Origin: the human T2T-CHM13v2.0 reference genome, Homo sapiens
Assembly: GCF_009914755.1 (NCBI RefSeq)
Contig: NC_060925.1
DNA length: 64,000 nucleotides
Strand: one strand, 5' to 3'
The translations under genes and the position numbers were made by a program. Shown here one piece after another: positions 1 to 13,881 of this stretch (position 1 is its first letter; each line of letters starts with the position of its first letter). The notes beneath the pieces were generated by a model, which searched no databases, was not told where the DNA came from, and worked only from the letters and a program-made list of their open reading frames with translations.

Positions 1-79
1 CCACTAATTATGCCATCATCAAGCACTTATTTGTGTAGTTTGTTTGATTAATGTAAAGAGTGTTATAATGATTATCTTC

Positions 80-157
80 TGTTAAGTCCAAAATTATAAT
101 GGGGCTGAGATGTTACTTGACTTGCAAGCTAACCTTCCTGTGTAGGTACGAGTGTGT

Positions 158-192
<35 letters not shown>

Positions 193-672
193 CAGAAACA
201 CCAGACCTCTGCATTAGAGAACAGACCATTTACTCCTAGAACATCTTAGTGCTGGTTCCCTGTGCCCCAGTCAAGCACAGACTGGTGTGCCAAGGGCCTG
301 ATACTATCTGTGCAAGCAGTGGGGTCACACCACAGAGGAGGAGCCCCAAATTCATGAGGCTTGAAACTTCTACAGTATGTCTGGCACATCTGCACTGATC
401 TAATTCCAGAGAGAGAGAGAAAGAAAGAGAAAGAGAGAGAGATCCTCTCTGGGGTGGAGAGAAGGAACTCTACTCACCACTCTTAGAATATAAGAAAATA
501 GCAAAATAGCTCTGGAGGAAATGAATCTTTTAAATATCTCTGGAGGTATGCACTGTCTCTAATTGAATGTTTACCACTGTTTACCATTGAATCCTCTCTT
601 TAACCTGGGTTTGCAAGAAAGCCCAGACCATGCAGAAAGGTGAACATATTCACGGAGAGCTGTTTCCCAATA
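80..672 (-). mobile_element. LTR40-family (ERVL) solo LTR
   Basis: Contains TTGCAAGCTAAC and ends ...CACGGAGAGCTGTTTCCCAATA, matching the reverse of the LTR40 start as I recall it; flanked by 5-bp TSD TCTTC (75-79, 673-677). Confidence 0.7.
152..189. repeat. (GT)4(AC)15 microsatellite inside the LTR
   Basis: Read directly. Confidence 0.95.
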
Positions 673-2070
673 TCTTCTGCAAAGAAGCCACCTTAAGTAG
701 CCATACACAGACTCTAAGATATTATCCGTGCTGAAAATATTTTATGTTCCTATTTGAGGATGGCTTGTAGTCCCAGTGTTACATTGTTTTTACTTGAGTG
801 TGTATATATATATATTTTTTGCTTTAAGGGAATCACCAGTAGTAATTTTTTAAGTCCCCAGAATAATAATTTGACCTAATGGGGTAAGTAAAGTAGCAGA
901 CAAGTTAGGTAATATAAAAATACCAGTAAAGAATAAAGTCACAACAATGTATCAAAAATTAAGATTTACTACCAACTAAGACTACCAACTTCTCTTTTGG
1001 GCCTTGCAAACTGGCTGCAAAAGTTACAAAAAAGTAAATCAGCAGCATTGCTGGAAAAAATGATGCAGCTCTACAATGATATCTTTTAAGTTTTAGTACT
1101 ACTTTGGTTGTATAATTTCTGCTTGCCTTTTTTTAAAAAAAAAAAGTCATATTGCCACTGTATAGTACTATCTTACATTTCCAAAGTCTTACCCAACACT
1201 GTGTTTGCTAGGCACTATGAAAGATGCAAAATAAATAGTATTACTGGATCTGCAGGAATATTTCAGTCTAATTGGGAATATTACAGTCTAGTCGTGAGGA
1301 TAAAAATAAATCCATGCACCAAATAGAAATATGTAAAATAGTATAGGATATATAGGTTTGGAGAGGTTCAGTGTAAATAAATTTTCAGGGCTGGTGTATA
1401 TTTAACATGAACAAGCGCAAGATTGGGGAGCTGGAAAGTAGTGATGTGCAGAAGAGACAACGTTGGGCACCTTTTCTGTTTGCCAAAAGAGTGGAGGAGG
1501 GCTTCCTTTTACCATGGGCATTAATTTCTCCAGAGTACCCAAATAAAACAGAATTCCTAATTTTCTCTAGAAACTGTCCACACTTCAGAACAGGCTATTA
1601 TAGGGGCAGATAAGGCATAGGGAATTTGGTGTGAGAGTAAAATAAGCAGGGGTGGGATGATGAGAAGTTCACAGGAGCAGAGTGAACTGAGACACAGCAA
1701 ACAGAAGGAAAATATAATCAGAGAATTGTGAGGATGACTTTTGTAGCAAGTATATGAGACTTCCTTGTTCAGATCCAAATGAAAGACTCACTTAAAGTAA
1801 CTGTTGGAGCAAATTGCTTCTCCTCAGACCTTTCAATTTCTTTATGCACTGATTAGTGTTTTGTTTTTTATTTTTTGCCTGTATTGTAGTCTATGTATTT
1901 TCTGCTTTATGCTTTTACTTAATTTTTCCCCCTAAGCCCTGGCTCCCTTCCTTTGATTACCAACTTCAGATACAAGCTTACACAATTGGAAGAGGAGGCT
2001 GGAGGTTCATCTTCTCTGGACTGTAAAGATGACAAATCTCTCTCAACTCTTTGGTTAGAAAATGCAATTA

Positions 2071-2493
<423 letters not shown>

Positions 2494-3645
2494 TCATTCC
2501 CATCCCTGGGGAAATGGCACTAGGGGAAAAGTTTGCTTTGCTATCTCTGTGCTGTGGACAAAATATGTGTGATTCTTATCCAATCAATAGAAATCTCTAA
2601 AATAAAAGATTGAAGCCGTCAAGAGTTGTAACATCTCTGAGATGAAAAATGTTTGTGAGAATTATCTCCACTAAATGTCAACTCCTCTCCCTCAGCCCCC
2701 ATCTAAGTGTTTGCGTAGCCTTGGAGTTGTGTTGTCTGTTTGATCAAGCTGAGAAGTCTTGAGGAATATTCAAGTCTGTATGAGACACTTAGCAGAAAAC
2801 AACTAGCTGGATGAGTCACAAGCTCACCAGGCAGGAAGGAGGCTGTGGAGTCATGGTGTCCATTTCTTGTTTTTATTTTAACCTAGAAGATTTGATGCTA
2901 CTCTGTGCCTGAGTACCTCCAGAAAACAATATTGCATGCTCCCTGAGGTACCCAGTGCCAGAGTCAAAGGACTCCCACTGTGAAGAAAGTTGTCCGTGTA
3001 TTTAGTCTTGCTATTCAATTTCTTAATCCCAATTATACAGTGCCCTTTACTCTGAGGTCATGCTGGGACCAGAGCTGGTTATGTGCCATATGGAAGGTGA
3101 CATTTCTTGGGGGGATAAATTAATGAATCTGCTACTAAATTCTTAAAATCATTTTGTTAGTCCCAGCCTCTGTTTTAATAAAGTGGGTCATTGCATAAAA
3201 ATCTGCAACCACATACCTGTAGCTTGTTTTCCTAATGCTGGTCTTTTTTAAATGATTAGTTGGATTATCCTTTGAGTGAAAAAAGGTGGGTCTCTCCCAC
3301 TTGCTCACAACACTCAGAGAACCTGTATTCAACTTCTAATTTTATGCTTGGCCAACTACTCTTTCTTTTTAGTTGTGTTAAAATATACATAACGTAAAGT
3401 TTATCATTTTAACCATTTTTAAGCATACAGTTCATTGGTCCTAAGTACATTTACATTATTGTGCAATCATTACCACTCCAGGACTTTTTCATCATCCCAA
3501 ATTGAAATGCTGTACTCAGTAAATGATAATGTCCCAATTGCCCCTTTACTCTAGGTCCTGGCAGCCACCATACTATTTTCTGTCTCAATGGATGTGATTA
3601 CTCTAGGTACCTCATATAAGTGTACTCATGCAATATTTGTCCTTT

Positions 3646-4300
3646 TTTAAATGTTAAGTTCCAGGGTACGTGTGCAGGATGTGTAGGTTTGTTACATAGA
3701 AAGGTGTTCCATAGTTGTTTGCTGCACTTATCAACCCATCACCTAGGTATTAAGCCCAGCATGCATTAGCGATTTTTCCTGATGCTCTCCCTCCTCCCGC
3801 ACCCCTACTCCCAAAAGGTCCCAGTGTTTGTTGGTTGTTCCCCTCCCTGTGTCCATGCTTTCTCATCTTTCAACTCCCACTTATAAGTGAGAACATGTGG
3901 TGTTTGGTTTTCTGTTCCTGTGTTAGTTTGCTGAGGATAATGGCTTCCAGCTCCATCCATGTCCCTGCAAAGGACATGATCTTGTTCCTTTTTATGGCTG
4001 CATAGTATTCCATATTGTATATGTACCACATTTTCTTTATCCAGTCTATCATTGATGGGCATTTGGGTTGATTCCATGTCTTTTCTATTGTGAATAGTGC
4101 TGCAGTGAACATATGTGTGCATGTATCTTTATAATAGAATGATTTATATTACTTTGGTATATCCCCAGCAATAAGATTGCTGGGTCAAATGGTCAAGTGC
4201 CACACTGTCTCCCACAATGGTTGAAATAATTTACATTCCCACCAATAGTGTAGAAGTGTTCCTATTTCTCCACAACCTTGCCAGCATCTGTTGTTTCTTG
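3646..4300 (-). mobile_element. 5'-truncated L1PA (L1PA7/8-like) nested in L1MB
   Basis: ORF 3870-4112 encodes the L1 ORF2 C-terminus (WNQPKCPS...MELEAIILSK); TSD AATATTTGT[C/T]CTTT at 3632-3645 and 4301-4314. Confidence 0.92.
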
Positions 4301-4689
4301 AATATTTGTTCTTTTATGTCTGGCTTATTTAACATAATTTCTTTAAGGTTCATCCGTGTTGTAGCATGTGTCAGAATTTCATTCTTTTTCAATGTTGAAT
4401 AATACTCCATTGTATGTATCTACTACATTTTGTTTATCCACTCATCTGTTGATGGACATTTGGGTTGTTTCTACATTTTGGCTTTTGGGAATAATGCTGC
4501 TATGAGTGATGGTATGTAAGTATCTCTTACAGTCCCTGCTTTCAATTGTTTTGGGTATATATCCAGAACTGGGATTGCTGTATCATATGGTAATTCTGTT
4601 TAATGTTTTGGAGAACTGCCATACTGTTTGTCACAGTGGCTATACCAGGGTTTCAATTTTTCTACACTCTCTCCAACACTTGTTGTCTT

Positions 4690-4692
<3 letters not shown>

Positions 4693-4736
<44 letters not shown>
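4693..4736. repeat. (TG)22 microsatellite
   Basis: Read directly. Confidence 0.97.
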
Positions 4737-4739
<3 letters not shown>

Positions 4740-5109
4740 TACATAATAGTCATCCTAAAGGCCAACTACTCTTTAATTTGTGGGAATTCACAAAATCCTT
4801 TCACATGGCCTTCTGCTCCATCATTTTTGACACTTACCTTCTTAGATAAATAACTTTTTTTGGTTTAGGTCCATGAAAAATTCTCCCTATTTTTCCTCCT
4901 TACTCTGGTAACCTCACTTTGGTGTCCTGTTAGGGAGCAATACTTGGTCAGATCTTTGTTAGCTGTGTGGCTTCCAGGCTCCAAGGTCACTGTGGTGACA
5001 CCTCCAGTTGAGTTTCTTTTTACCTCATTTTCCAAATTGTCTTCCATGTTTCTTTTGAGATGTTCCATCTCAACATGTTTAAAACTGAGTTTGTTATTCT
5101 GGCACCATA

Positions 5110-5290
5110 ACATATGACCTATGTGATTTTGGCAAACAATTTAACCTAAGCTTAGTTTCCTTGATTGAAAAGGGAATTAAAAATATTGCCTAGGGCACAG
5201 AATTTTTGTGCTAAAGCAGATGGGGTTTATAGAGTGATTGACGCTGTGATTGGCACATAGTGATTTTTCAATAATTGGTGGCTATTATTG
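5110..5290 (+). mobile_element. MIR
   Basis: MIR core tgtgattttggcaaac...ttagtttcc and tggcacatag 3' end. Confidence 0.6.
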
Positions 5291-5990
5291 TTAATTTTTC
5301 TTCTAACTGGATATGTGTCTTTATTTTTCCATTTTTTATTAGCCATAACCAGTCTTCTGTAAGCAATGTAGGCTATACACATCATAGTAAGCCTTCTTTT
5401 CATACCACTCTCCTATCTACTTCAAAAATTTCTATGATCACTCCAAATAATCAACATTTATTGCATTATAATAACCTTTTAATGAACTGTTACTTTAGCG
5501 AAAGTTTGCTGAGTCCCTGAGGCATTGACTCCAGCCTCCTCCTTCCTTAGTTTATCCTGCTCTCCACTAATAGATTCATTTTCCTAAAATAGTCTTTTCA
5601 ACTGATCATTCGTATTTTCACAACACTTTATTGAGTTCTAACCTTTATTACCTGGAGGTCATGCACACATTCTGTCTCTCCAACCACAGTTGAGGATGCT
5701 TTGTGAAATCCCTGGAACTAGGAAAGGACTCATGATTCTCTAGTTATCCCCACAGCATAGACTTATGGAACTCTCTGAATCCTTTTTCTTTCCTTTGAGG
5801 TGGCCAATCATTCTTTTGGCCTTGTTGAATCATCTTCTTAAGTGAGAAAGTGAGAGTCCTTTCTTTTTTTTTTTTTTTTTTTTGGCCCTTCCATTTCTAT
5901 ATCAAGGACTCCAGGGCTTAAAGTTTAATTCACTGTTCATCGAGTCTCTAGTGAACTTTTGACATCCAGTTCACCTAGGATTGCCATGTG

Positions 5991-6029
5991 GATCACAGGC
6001 TCCCGGATCACAGGCTCCCAGATCACAGG
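5991..6029. repeat. 15-bp tandem repeat GATCACAGGCTCCC[G/A], 2.6 copies
   Basis: Read directly. Confidence 0.9.
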
Positions 6030-6189
6030 AGAGAGTCCCTTGGCCATGAAAAAGAAGAGGAAATAAGTTATATCCCCCAGTCCTCTCCTACCTCCTGACT
6101 GCATTCTGTTTCTAGGTAGGTCTTAAAACAGCAGTGCCTTGTCCTCTGTTTTTTACAAAAATTCTGATTTAATAACATAGTAGCAGGGG

Positions 6190-6455
6190 GAAATGGTGTA
6201 GTATCCTGGTTAACAGCATTGTCTCTGGGGTCAAACAGAGCTGGTTCCAATTCTGGTTTTACTACTTGCTAAGTGACACTGGGAAAGTTACTTAAGCTTT
6301 GTATTCCTTAGATTCTCTATCAGTAAAATAAGAGCAGAATGCCTGTCTGTTAGAGTTGTCGTCAGAATATAAGAAATAAAAATAAATCACTCATTGATTT
6401 TGGGGAATAAAAGGTGCTCAAATAAATGACAGTTTTGTTTTGGCATTATTATTAT
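6190..6455 (+). mobile_element. MIR, near full length
   Basis: tRNA-like head, core gggaaagttacttaagc, 3' gtgctcaaataaat and attatt tail. Confidence 0.75.
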
Positions 6456-7149
6456 TTGAAAGATTTTTTTATTAAGACATTAATGGTATTAAAAGATTCC
6501 TAGGTCTTTGATAATGGTATGGTTGGGAAGGACAAGAATAGCCAAAGAATGTAAATGACATGAAACCTGTGATGCCTGAAGTTGTTCTTTCTTTCTAGCA
6601 TCCCCTCTTTGTGCTTGCATCAAGCCTATGTCTGAACCGACTCTAGAGAGGGAGACTTCCAACACCAATTCTAATAGACAGTGTTGCTATTCCTTCCACC
6701 ATATGCATCTCATGAGGATATTTGACCCCTCTTATTCCAGTACTTTACACCTATGCCTAGTTTATTCTAAGTCCAAAGCTGGAACACAGCATACACTCTT
6801 GCATGCCATTACTAATAACTCATACATTAGATGGGTTGATTGAAATTCGCTTACTTTAACCTTTGGAAAAAATGAAAAGCTTATTGATTGAAAACAAAGC
6901 CACTTGATTGAATGTTTAAAGACTTTGTAATTGCTCAAGGCAACATCCTAGGCTCTGGGGTATTAACAAACACTCTAGTCCACTTGGAATATCATCCTAT
7001 GTAGCATTAGCCAACACTCACTTTCCCCTTGTTCAGTTACTGCTAATACCTCATGGCTTGTTGTGGCTCTTTGATACTTGATTGGATGATTTTGTGCCAT
7101 TGTCTATTTGTTTGTTGTTAAATTATTTTTTCATCTAGGTTTCCAAACA

Positions 7150-7335
7150 ATTATAACTTCAATGAAGGTAGTACAAGTCTCATTCTCCTTTTTCCCTGAA
7201 GGACCCATACAGTGCTAGGCACTTGGATTTCATTCATTTGAAATATATTGAGTACCTACTATGTGCTGTACCCTATGCTAGAAACTGAGTATATGATGGA
7301 GATAATATAGAGAAGCTTACATTTTAGTAGGCAGA
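7150..7335. mobile_element. Two L2 3' ends, tail to tail
   Basis: cagtgctaggcac (+) followed by cattcatt...tattgagtacctactatgtgc (-). Confidence 0.6.
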
Positions 7336-8009
7336 TTAAATCATTTTTACATTTATAATTGAGAGTGAGGGCTACTGGTAGTGGTGATAGCAGGGGGATT
7401 AGAACACCCTCATAGTAGGTTTGGGGTAGGAAGCTTTAAGGCCAAACCCACCTGTGGGTATCTTGAAACTTGGCTTTTGCAAACCCTGAGTCCACAATTT
7501 GATCCTTTTTATAAGTGGGTTGGATATTCTCTAGTCTTATCATATTTGAAAAGCTTTTCTCTCCCAGCTTCATCATATTTCATAACTCATAAAATATATG
7601 TGAAAGTCAATGACATTAGATCACTGTGTCTTAAGTCTTAAGAGTTTTCCTGTCTTCCTAATGATGTAGTGAGTCAGAAAATAATTAAAAATCATTTAGA
7701 GTGCAACCTCCTTTTCCCTCCCCCTGCCCCAATTCCCCACTCTGCCTACAAGAAACAGTAGGATTTATGTCTTTCCCTCCACCCTGATTGCTCTTGATAG
7801 CACAGGGACATCTTCACTGATGGGAGCTATGCCAGCCCCAGCAGTATTCTCAGCCTTGCTCAGATTCTCCCATGGGACAGCGAGTGGACACACAATTGCT
7901 ATCACTATGGGGAAACTTCCACCTTTGAGATCACTGCTCGTTTTTTCTAACAGCAGCAACAACCACAAAAAACCACAGCTGACATTTACAGGATGCTTGC
8001 CCATCCATT

Positions 8010-8180
8010 TTCTCATTCGATGTTCACAAATGCCTTGGGGCACAGATATTACTTTTATTCCGATTAATATCAGCAAAGTATGACTCAGATAAAGCCGGGG
8101 ACTTTTCCAAGGTCACTCTTCTTATGAGAGGGTAGAAACAGGATTATAGCCCTAAAGCTATTTCCTTTACCTTCTACTCT
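8010..8180 (-). mobile_element. MIR
   Basis: tctcattcgatgttcacaa...ccaaggtcac. Confidence 0.55.
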
Positions 8181-8349
8181 GCCTTGTCCACAGAGAGGAG
8201 GGTGGCAGAAGAAATAAAGGTGAGAGAAAGTTAAGGGAGGTGGGATAGATTTTGGTAAAATTTTATAGATCTAATCCCATGAGGAGGGATTTACCATATT
8301 ATCCAATGCCTCATTCTACATAAGCCAAGTGAGAATATGGGTTAAAATA

Positions 8350-8630
8350 TCCTCATCCAAGTCAAATTGACTTAAGCAATAAGAACTTTATTGGCTAACA
8401 TATATCTACAGGGAAGACTGGTTTCAGGGACTCTGCTGGCATCACTTGGCCCATATTAGATCACATGCCTATTCCTCAATGACCAGTGGAAAGGGCCTGT
8501 TTGTTGGGGGGTCAAGTAATCTTTGGACTGCTCAGATTCATACTTGGAGCCAGGAGTGGGGTCAGCTTCCCTGGGAGCACTAGGCCTGCGTGTTTGGGTA
8601 GAAGGTGGATCTCTACAGTAAATGTCCACT
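8350..8630. mobile_element. Old MaLR LTR fragment (MLT1J/K/L-like)
   Basis: gacttaagcaataagaactttattggct and gatcacatgcctattcct motifs. Confidence 0.5.
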
Positions 8631-8704
8631 AGAATGCTTGACAGAGAAGATAATGTAATTACTGAATTTGGTCACAGGGGGCAGAGCTGTTCATCAGTAT
8701 AGAT

Positions 8705-8892
8705 CCTGATTCTCAACCTTGGCCTTACAATGGCACCAACTAAGGAGATTTTTTAAATACCATGGCTGAGACCCCCTCCCCGCCCATCCCTAGAGACTCT
8801 AATTTGATAGGTCCGGGGGGAGCCTGGCATTGGGGTTTTCAAAATTCGCTTGCTAGGTGATTCTAATGTGAGGTCAATTTTGAGAACCATTC
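8705..8892. mobile_element. MER5 (MER5A/B, hAT-Charlie MITE)
   Basis: ttctcaaccttggc...aggtgattctaatgtg...tttgagaacca; flanked by 8-bp sites gtatagat/ttctagat. Confidence 0.75.
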
Positions 8893-8900
8893 TTCTAGAT

Positions 8901-9068
8901 ACTTGCTACTCCCAAGCGTGGTCCATGGACTAGCAGCACTGCCCTCACTTGGGAGCCTGTAAGAGATGCAGAACCTCAGGCTCTACCTGGGACCTACTGA
9001 GTCGTAATCTGCAGACTAACATCTGCGCAGGTGATTCACATGGCACTAAAGTTCGCGAAGCACCAGTG
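8901..9068. mobile_element. MER5A1-like hAT MITE
   Basis: gctactcccaagcgtggtccatggactagcagc...caggtgattcac; flanked by ttctagat/ttatagat. Confidence 0.75.
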
Positions 9069-10714
9069 TTATAGATGATAATGCTCAAGGCCTTGATCAT
9101 GCCCCATGTCTTTACCCTGGTTTTCAGATCTAGTTTGCAATTTATTAATTAGTAATCTTGGTGGGTAGTCCTCACAGATCTGCTCTACTTCCTAGTTTTC
9201 CTCAGAGGGAAACCTTGCAAATCAATGATTATTAATGATATGTATGATTCAGGATCACTTGAGGATTTTATTCTAAATTTATATGCCTGATTCCCACTGT
9301 AAAACAAGTGAAATAGACTCTCTGGGGGTGAGTTTGGATCATGTATATCCTAGGCAAAAACTATCTTCGGGTTCAGATACAGTCCAGAGTATGATAAAAC
9401 ATTGTATTTTCCCAAGATGAAAACCAGAGAGAAAACAAGCCAGTTGGGGATTTAATGATGATGTGAAAAAGAATGTTTTAACTCAACTCATTTCTAGACA
9501 CTTGCTTCTCAGTCTGCTTGTGGACTTGGCCACTGAAGACCCCAGCAAAGAGGAGAGATCAGAGGCCTCAGGCTCTTAGGCTGACCAGAACAGGGGTGGT
9601 GGGGATGATGGATGGGGAGCTAGTGCCATAGATAGTTGCAGCATCAGCCCATCCTGCCACTTCCCAGAGTAATAAATCCTGGAGGGAACACCAGTACATT
9701 CCTGATAGCAGAGAGAAGTCGCTCTTTAATGTGGGCCTGATAATGTCACTGAGCTCAGTCTTCTTAAATTTAAATGATTAGCAATGACCAGGCTTGCTCC
9801 TGCTTGATGCATCGCTTAACCTGGTAATCGGGAAATCTATTCCGCTTGCCTACTTAGATTGATGATGTCATGTTACACTGGGGCTTGCTTTCTCCCTGTA
9901 ATGGGGGAAGAGCATGTTAGGATGCAACGGCCTTGACCATTCTGGACTCAGTCTTCCTCATGAATTTGATTAATATCACAGGCTCCCTGAGCACATCTCA
10001 GAATTGCTGAATCTGGCATCTCTAGGAGGACTATGTTTAGAGAGCATTGAGATGTTACTAACGGAGTCTGCCATTGGATGATTCTATTCATTTCGCGACT
10101 TCTGGACTTAGTGAGAGTATCCTTTTCTAAGAATTAAAAAAATGTATGTTTTTTGGTTGGGCCCTATCGAGTAAGGAAAAAACGAAATCCACCAAAGTAG
10201 GGCTGGCTCCCTATATCTACCTGTTGTGCTAGATGAAAGAGTCCCAACTTGTGGGCATGAATATCTTTAGGGATGCTGGAGTATTGTTTGGTGAAGCTCA
10301 AAGCTGATTGTTACCATAAGGTCCCCCATTCCCTATGCAGGTCCCTATCCTACCAGGGAGGACAAACAGCACTCCTCTTCTCCTTCATCCTATCCCGTTG
10401 AGAAGTTTCACTGCTCTATGCCCTTCTTTCTGGTGATTCCAAGGGACGGCAAATAACTGAAAATAGCCTATCTTCATGAAAGGTACTTTTTGTTAGGAAA
10501 TACCAATGGGAGCCACTGGCAGACCCAAGGACAAGGCTGGAAAAGCGGGAAAGAGGGACAGGAAGATAAAGTGACAGATGAAAAGGAATAGAGAAAAGTG
10601 CCTGAAAAAAGAGGAGGCAGAGGACTAGAAGCAATGATCTCCAAGGTTAAGGTGATGCCCGGATTGTGATGGTGGACCAGGGAGGGAAAATGGAAATCAG
10701 AATGAAATCCCACT

Positions 10715-10990
10715 TAACAAACAGAATTAGCAAATATTTCTTGCTTACGTGCTATGTATCAGGACTGTGCTAGGTGCTCGTGATACAGAGCTGAGTAAAC
10801 CTTGGACCTGCCTTCAAGGACTCCTATTAAGGAGAAGCAGCCATGCCACAGAGTTACAAAGCAGGGTGACAAATGCAACTGCACAAGTGAAGTACAGGAT
10901 ACCGAGAGAAAAGATTTCTTCAGGGAGATGATATCTGAGTTGAATTCTGGTATAAGACCAGTTTTCCAAGCTGATCTGTGGGTAGGAAAT
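10715..10990 (-). mobile_element. L2 3' end
   Basis: caaatattt...tatgtatcaggactgtgctaggtgct...cctgccttcaagga. Confidence 0.75.
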
Positions 10991-13282
10991 GAGAGACAAT
11001 GGAGCATCTGCCTAAAGTAATGATTCTGCAGATAAACACTACTCCATTAAATCTGTTTCTCCTTCAGAATCACCAGAGAAGTGAGTGGATAGATACATTT
11101 TTCAATTCCAAACTGGTGTTTCACTCCAGTTCGGGCTAGATAATATCTCATTATGTTATTTGTACAACGCTGAAAACTCATTCACACCTTACTGTTTATT
11201 TATTTATTTTTTTGATTAAGGGATCAGTATCTAGTTCATACAGAGTTCTCCGACACTTGAGTTAAACCATACCCAGAGATCCCAGCTTGGAGTTTCTTAT
11301 ATATCCTGATTTCGCAAATCTGCACATGCTTGTGGATAATAATTCTAAAGTCTGAGTTAATTTGGAGCCAGATTAGCCAGAGACACAATCTAAGACTTTT
11401 ATCTCTGCCCCCAAACAGGCTATTTCTTGGGCCACTAGCCCATCCACTCATCTGTTTGCTTTTAGAAAGTCATTTGTGTACAAACTGTGGGCATTACCAA
11501 CTGCAGATGCCACTACCTCTCCTTGTTGCATCTCTTCTTGGGGTAGGGAGGAAGGCCCCACTCTAGAAGAGAAACTGCTCAGCTCCTCAGGCAAGACAAA
11601 GCATCAGTTCTGAGTTTTGGCACTGCAAAATTCTCTAAGCAAGGGCAACCCCACGGAGGTCTCAGTGCTGTAGATCGAGGTGAACAGTGTGTCACGTAAT
11701 AATGGAAACCACTGAAAAATACATGGAGGAGAGAAACATATATTCCCAGACTGGAGGAAGATTGAAAGGCTAGAACCCAGGAAAAATATCATTTTAGAAG
11801 AGAAACATTTTCTTGGCTCCATGAATAAATCATTGACCAGACAAGCCTCTTCTCTTTTCCTTCCTTTATTTTGAAGCCAGTAAATTGCCTCTGATTTGGA
11901 AAGGAAGTTAGAAGCACCCTCAGTGCTGCCTGCCTCATGCTGCAGACAAATGAGGCAGCCATTTTAACTTTTCATGAAGATGTTTATTAGGCTCTTGAAC
12001 TCTTCTGATCTAATGCTTCTTTGTTTGTGGCGGTTCATTTTTTTCCCCCATGTAAAGCATTGAACAAGTCTGCAATAGCCATTCTTACTTTAAACACTCA
12101 TTTTTTTTTTTTTTTTGGTAGGCTGACCCAGTCTTAACCAAGAAGATGGGTGTCACGTAGATTTTTTTTCTCGTGTTCTAGAAACTAACCACAGATTAGC
12201 CCATTTTAGCACAGCCTATGTGTGTGAATGAATAGTAAGTTCCACATTAGTAACCCAGTGGACCAGAGAGCTGTCATGTTCTACCACTGCTACCAAGACC
12301 AGCTCAGCAGGGTCAGCCCGAAAGAACCAACCTTCTTTTTCACCCCCTCCTTTAGGTAATGCCACTGTTTGTCATCAGAAATGAAACACTGTCTTTGGGG
12401 GATTATACAAATTGAAATATTGTTTTAGTCAACAAATGTTTATGATACATTTTTTATTCTGTGTTATGAATGTGTTTCTATCCCCTTTTGTCTTTATCTA
12501 TCTGGCTTATTTATGGGAATTACTGCTTACATATTTTCTGAGCCATTGAAATACAGCTGATCACATTCACTAACGTATTCCTATATTTTTCTTCATTGAG
12601 GATACTTAACTGCAGCCACATATTTCTGTCATTTTTGAGCTTCCAGGGAAAATAATTATCTTTTGATTCAAAGTGTTAAGAAAGCTTTCTTCTGCCCATT
12701 TCTGGTGTTTCCTTTCATTTCTTTGCCATGAGGTAAGTTGTCCAGGTGACTTATTGCTCCAGAGAGCAGCCAGTGTCGTCATTGCCTTTGAAGCCCCTGG
12801 GACATTTGAGATATAACTCCATAGCCAGTGCTGGCATAAATAGCATTTCATTATTATATTAGTCTAGTACAGAATATATAGCCCCATGGTCAATCCTACA
12901 TGGCAATGTTCATAAACCTACCACAAAGTGACTAGAATTAATAGAATGTATATATTTCCATTTCCTTTTTTAAAAAATTATTCATATACCTGAATCTACA
13001 AAGGCTGAGTCACTTCCAAAGTCCAGTCCACTGGGTCCATGCTGATTAAACTTTGGGAGTCATCCTGATTTGTGGCCCGCAAGGGAAGAACAAAAATTTA
13101 ATCGTTCCTGGGTGTTGTTTATAATGCCAAGAAGACCTTTATAATTGATTCTGATGAAAGTCCATTTGAGAGCCAAGAATGAGTGTGCTGGTCCATCTGA
13201 ATCAATCATTTGGAATTTGAGTGGGTTTGTTCTCTGCCACTCAGGAACCCACTGAGATGGAAAACTAGGTATGTGCCACCAA

Positions 13283-13417
13283 CAGGGCTGCTGGGTATGG
13301 TTGTTCAGGTTCATATACTGCAACTCCAAAAGGGGATATTAATATAGCCTTTTGTTACAAAGGGTGCCCCCCAGAGGTGTGCAATGCGCAGCACACATGG
13401 TCATTCATGAGAACCCT
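13283..13417. mobile_element. MER91A-like palindromic hAT MITE
   Basis: cagggctgc...ggttgttcagg...caactcca and ggtgccccccagaggtgtgcaatgc. Confidence 0.6.
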
Positions 13418-13539
13418 ACTTGGAGAATACTTTCCTTTCAGAAATAAATGCACATGCTATAACTCATTTAGCCTTCTAAATGGTACTTTCCTCTCTGACT
13501 TCTAGTACTACCACATGCTAATTATATCTAATGTTCTAG

Positions 13540-13881
13540 TCAGATGCCCCAAATTCACAGGCTATATCTACCCCCACACAAAAGTTCTGCTTGGTCCACA
13601 AAATGTTAAAAACAAAACAGAACAAAAACCCTAGTTTCCATTCCTTTAAAATAAGGAGATTTTATATTAAAATTCCAACTTCCAGCTTCGCTTGATCAAT
13701 CAGTTCTGGCAACATATCACCCTTCCAGTGAGGCAACCGTTCATTCAAGCTTAGGATCTGCTGTTCCTTAAGAAAAGGCCACAACCTTGTCCCAACATGC
13801 CCTATTATCTCAGTCCTACCCTGTTTCACTAATTTGTGTTATTCGCCTGTCTCCTGTAGGCATGTCAATATGTGACCCCTG
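13540..13881 (-). mobile_element. MER102 (hAT-Charlie)
   Basis: Ends cctgtaggcat...tgtgacccctg, the reverse of the MER102 start. Confidence 0.7.

Larger units (their letters stand above)
3365..4757 (-). mobile_element. L1MB-type 3' end, interrupted by L1PA and (TG)n
   Basis: L1MB 3'UTR motifs (aaaatatacataac...aaccatttttaag; ctaggtacctcatataagt); resumes at 4301. Confidence 0.8.
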
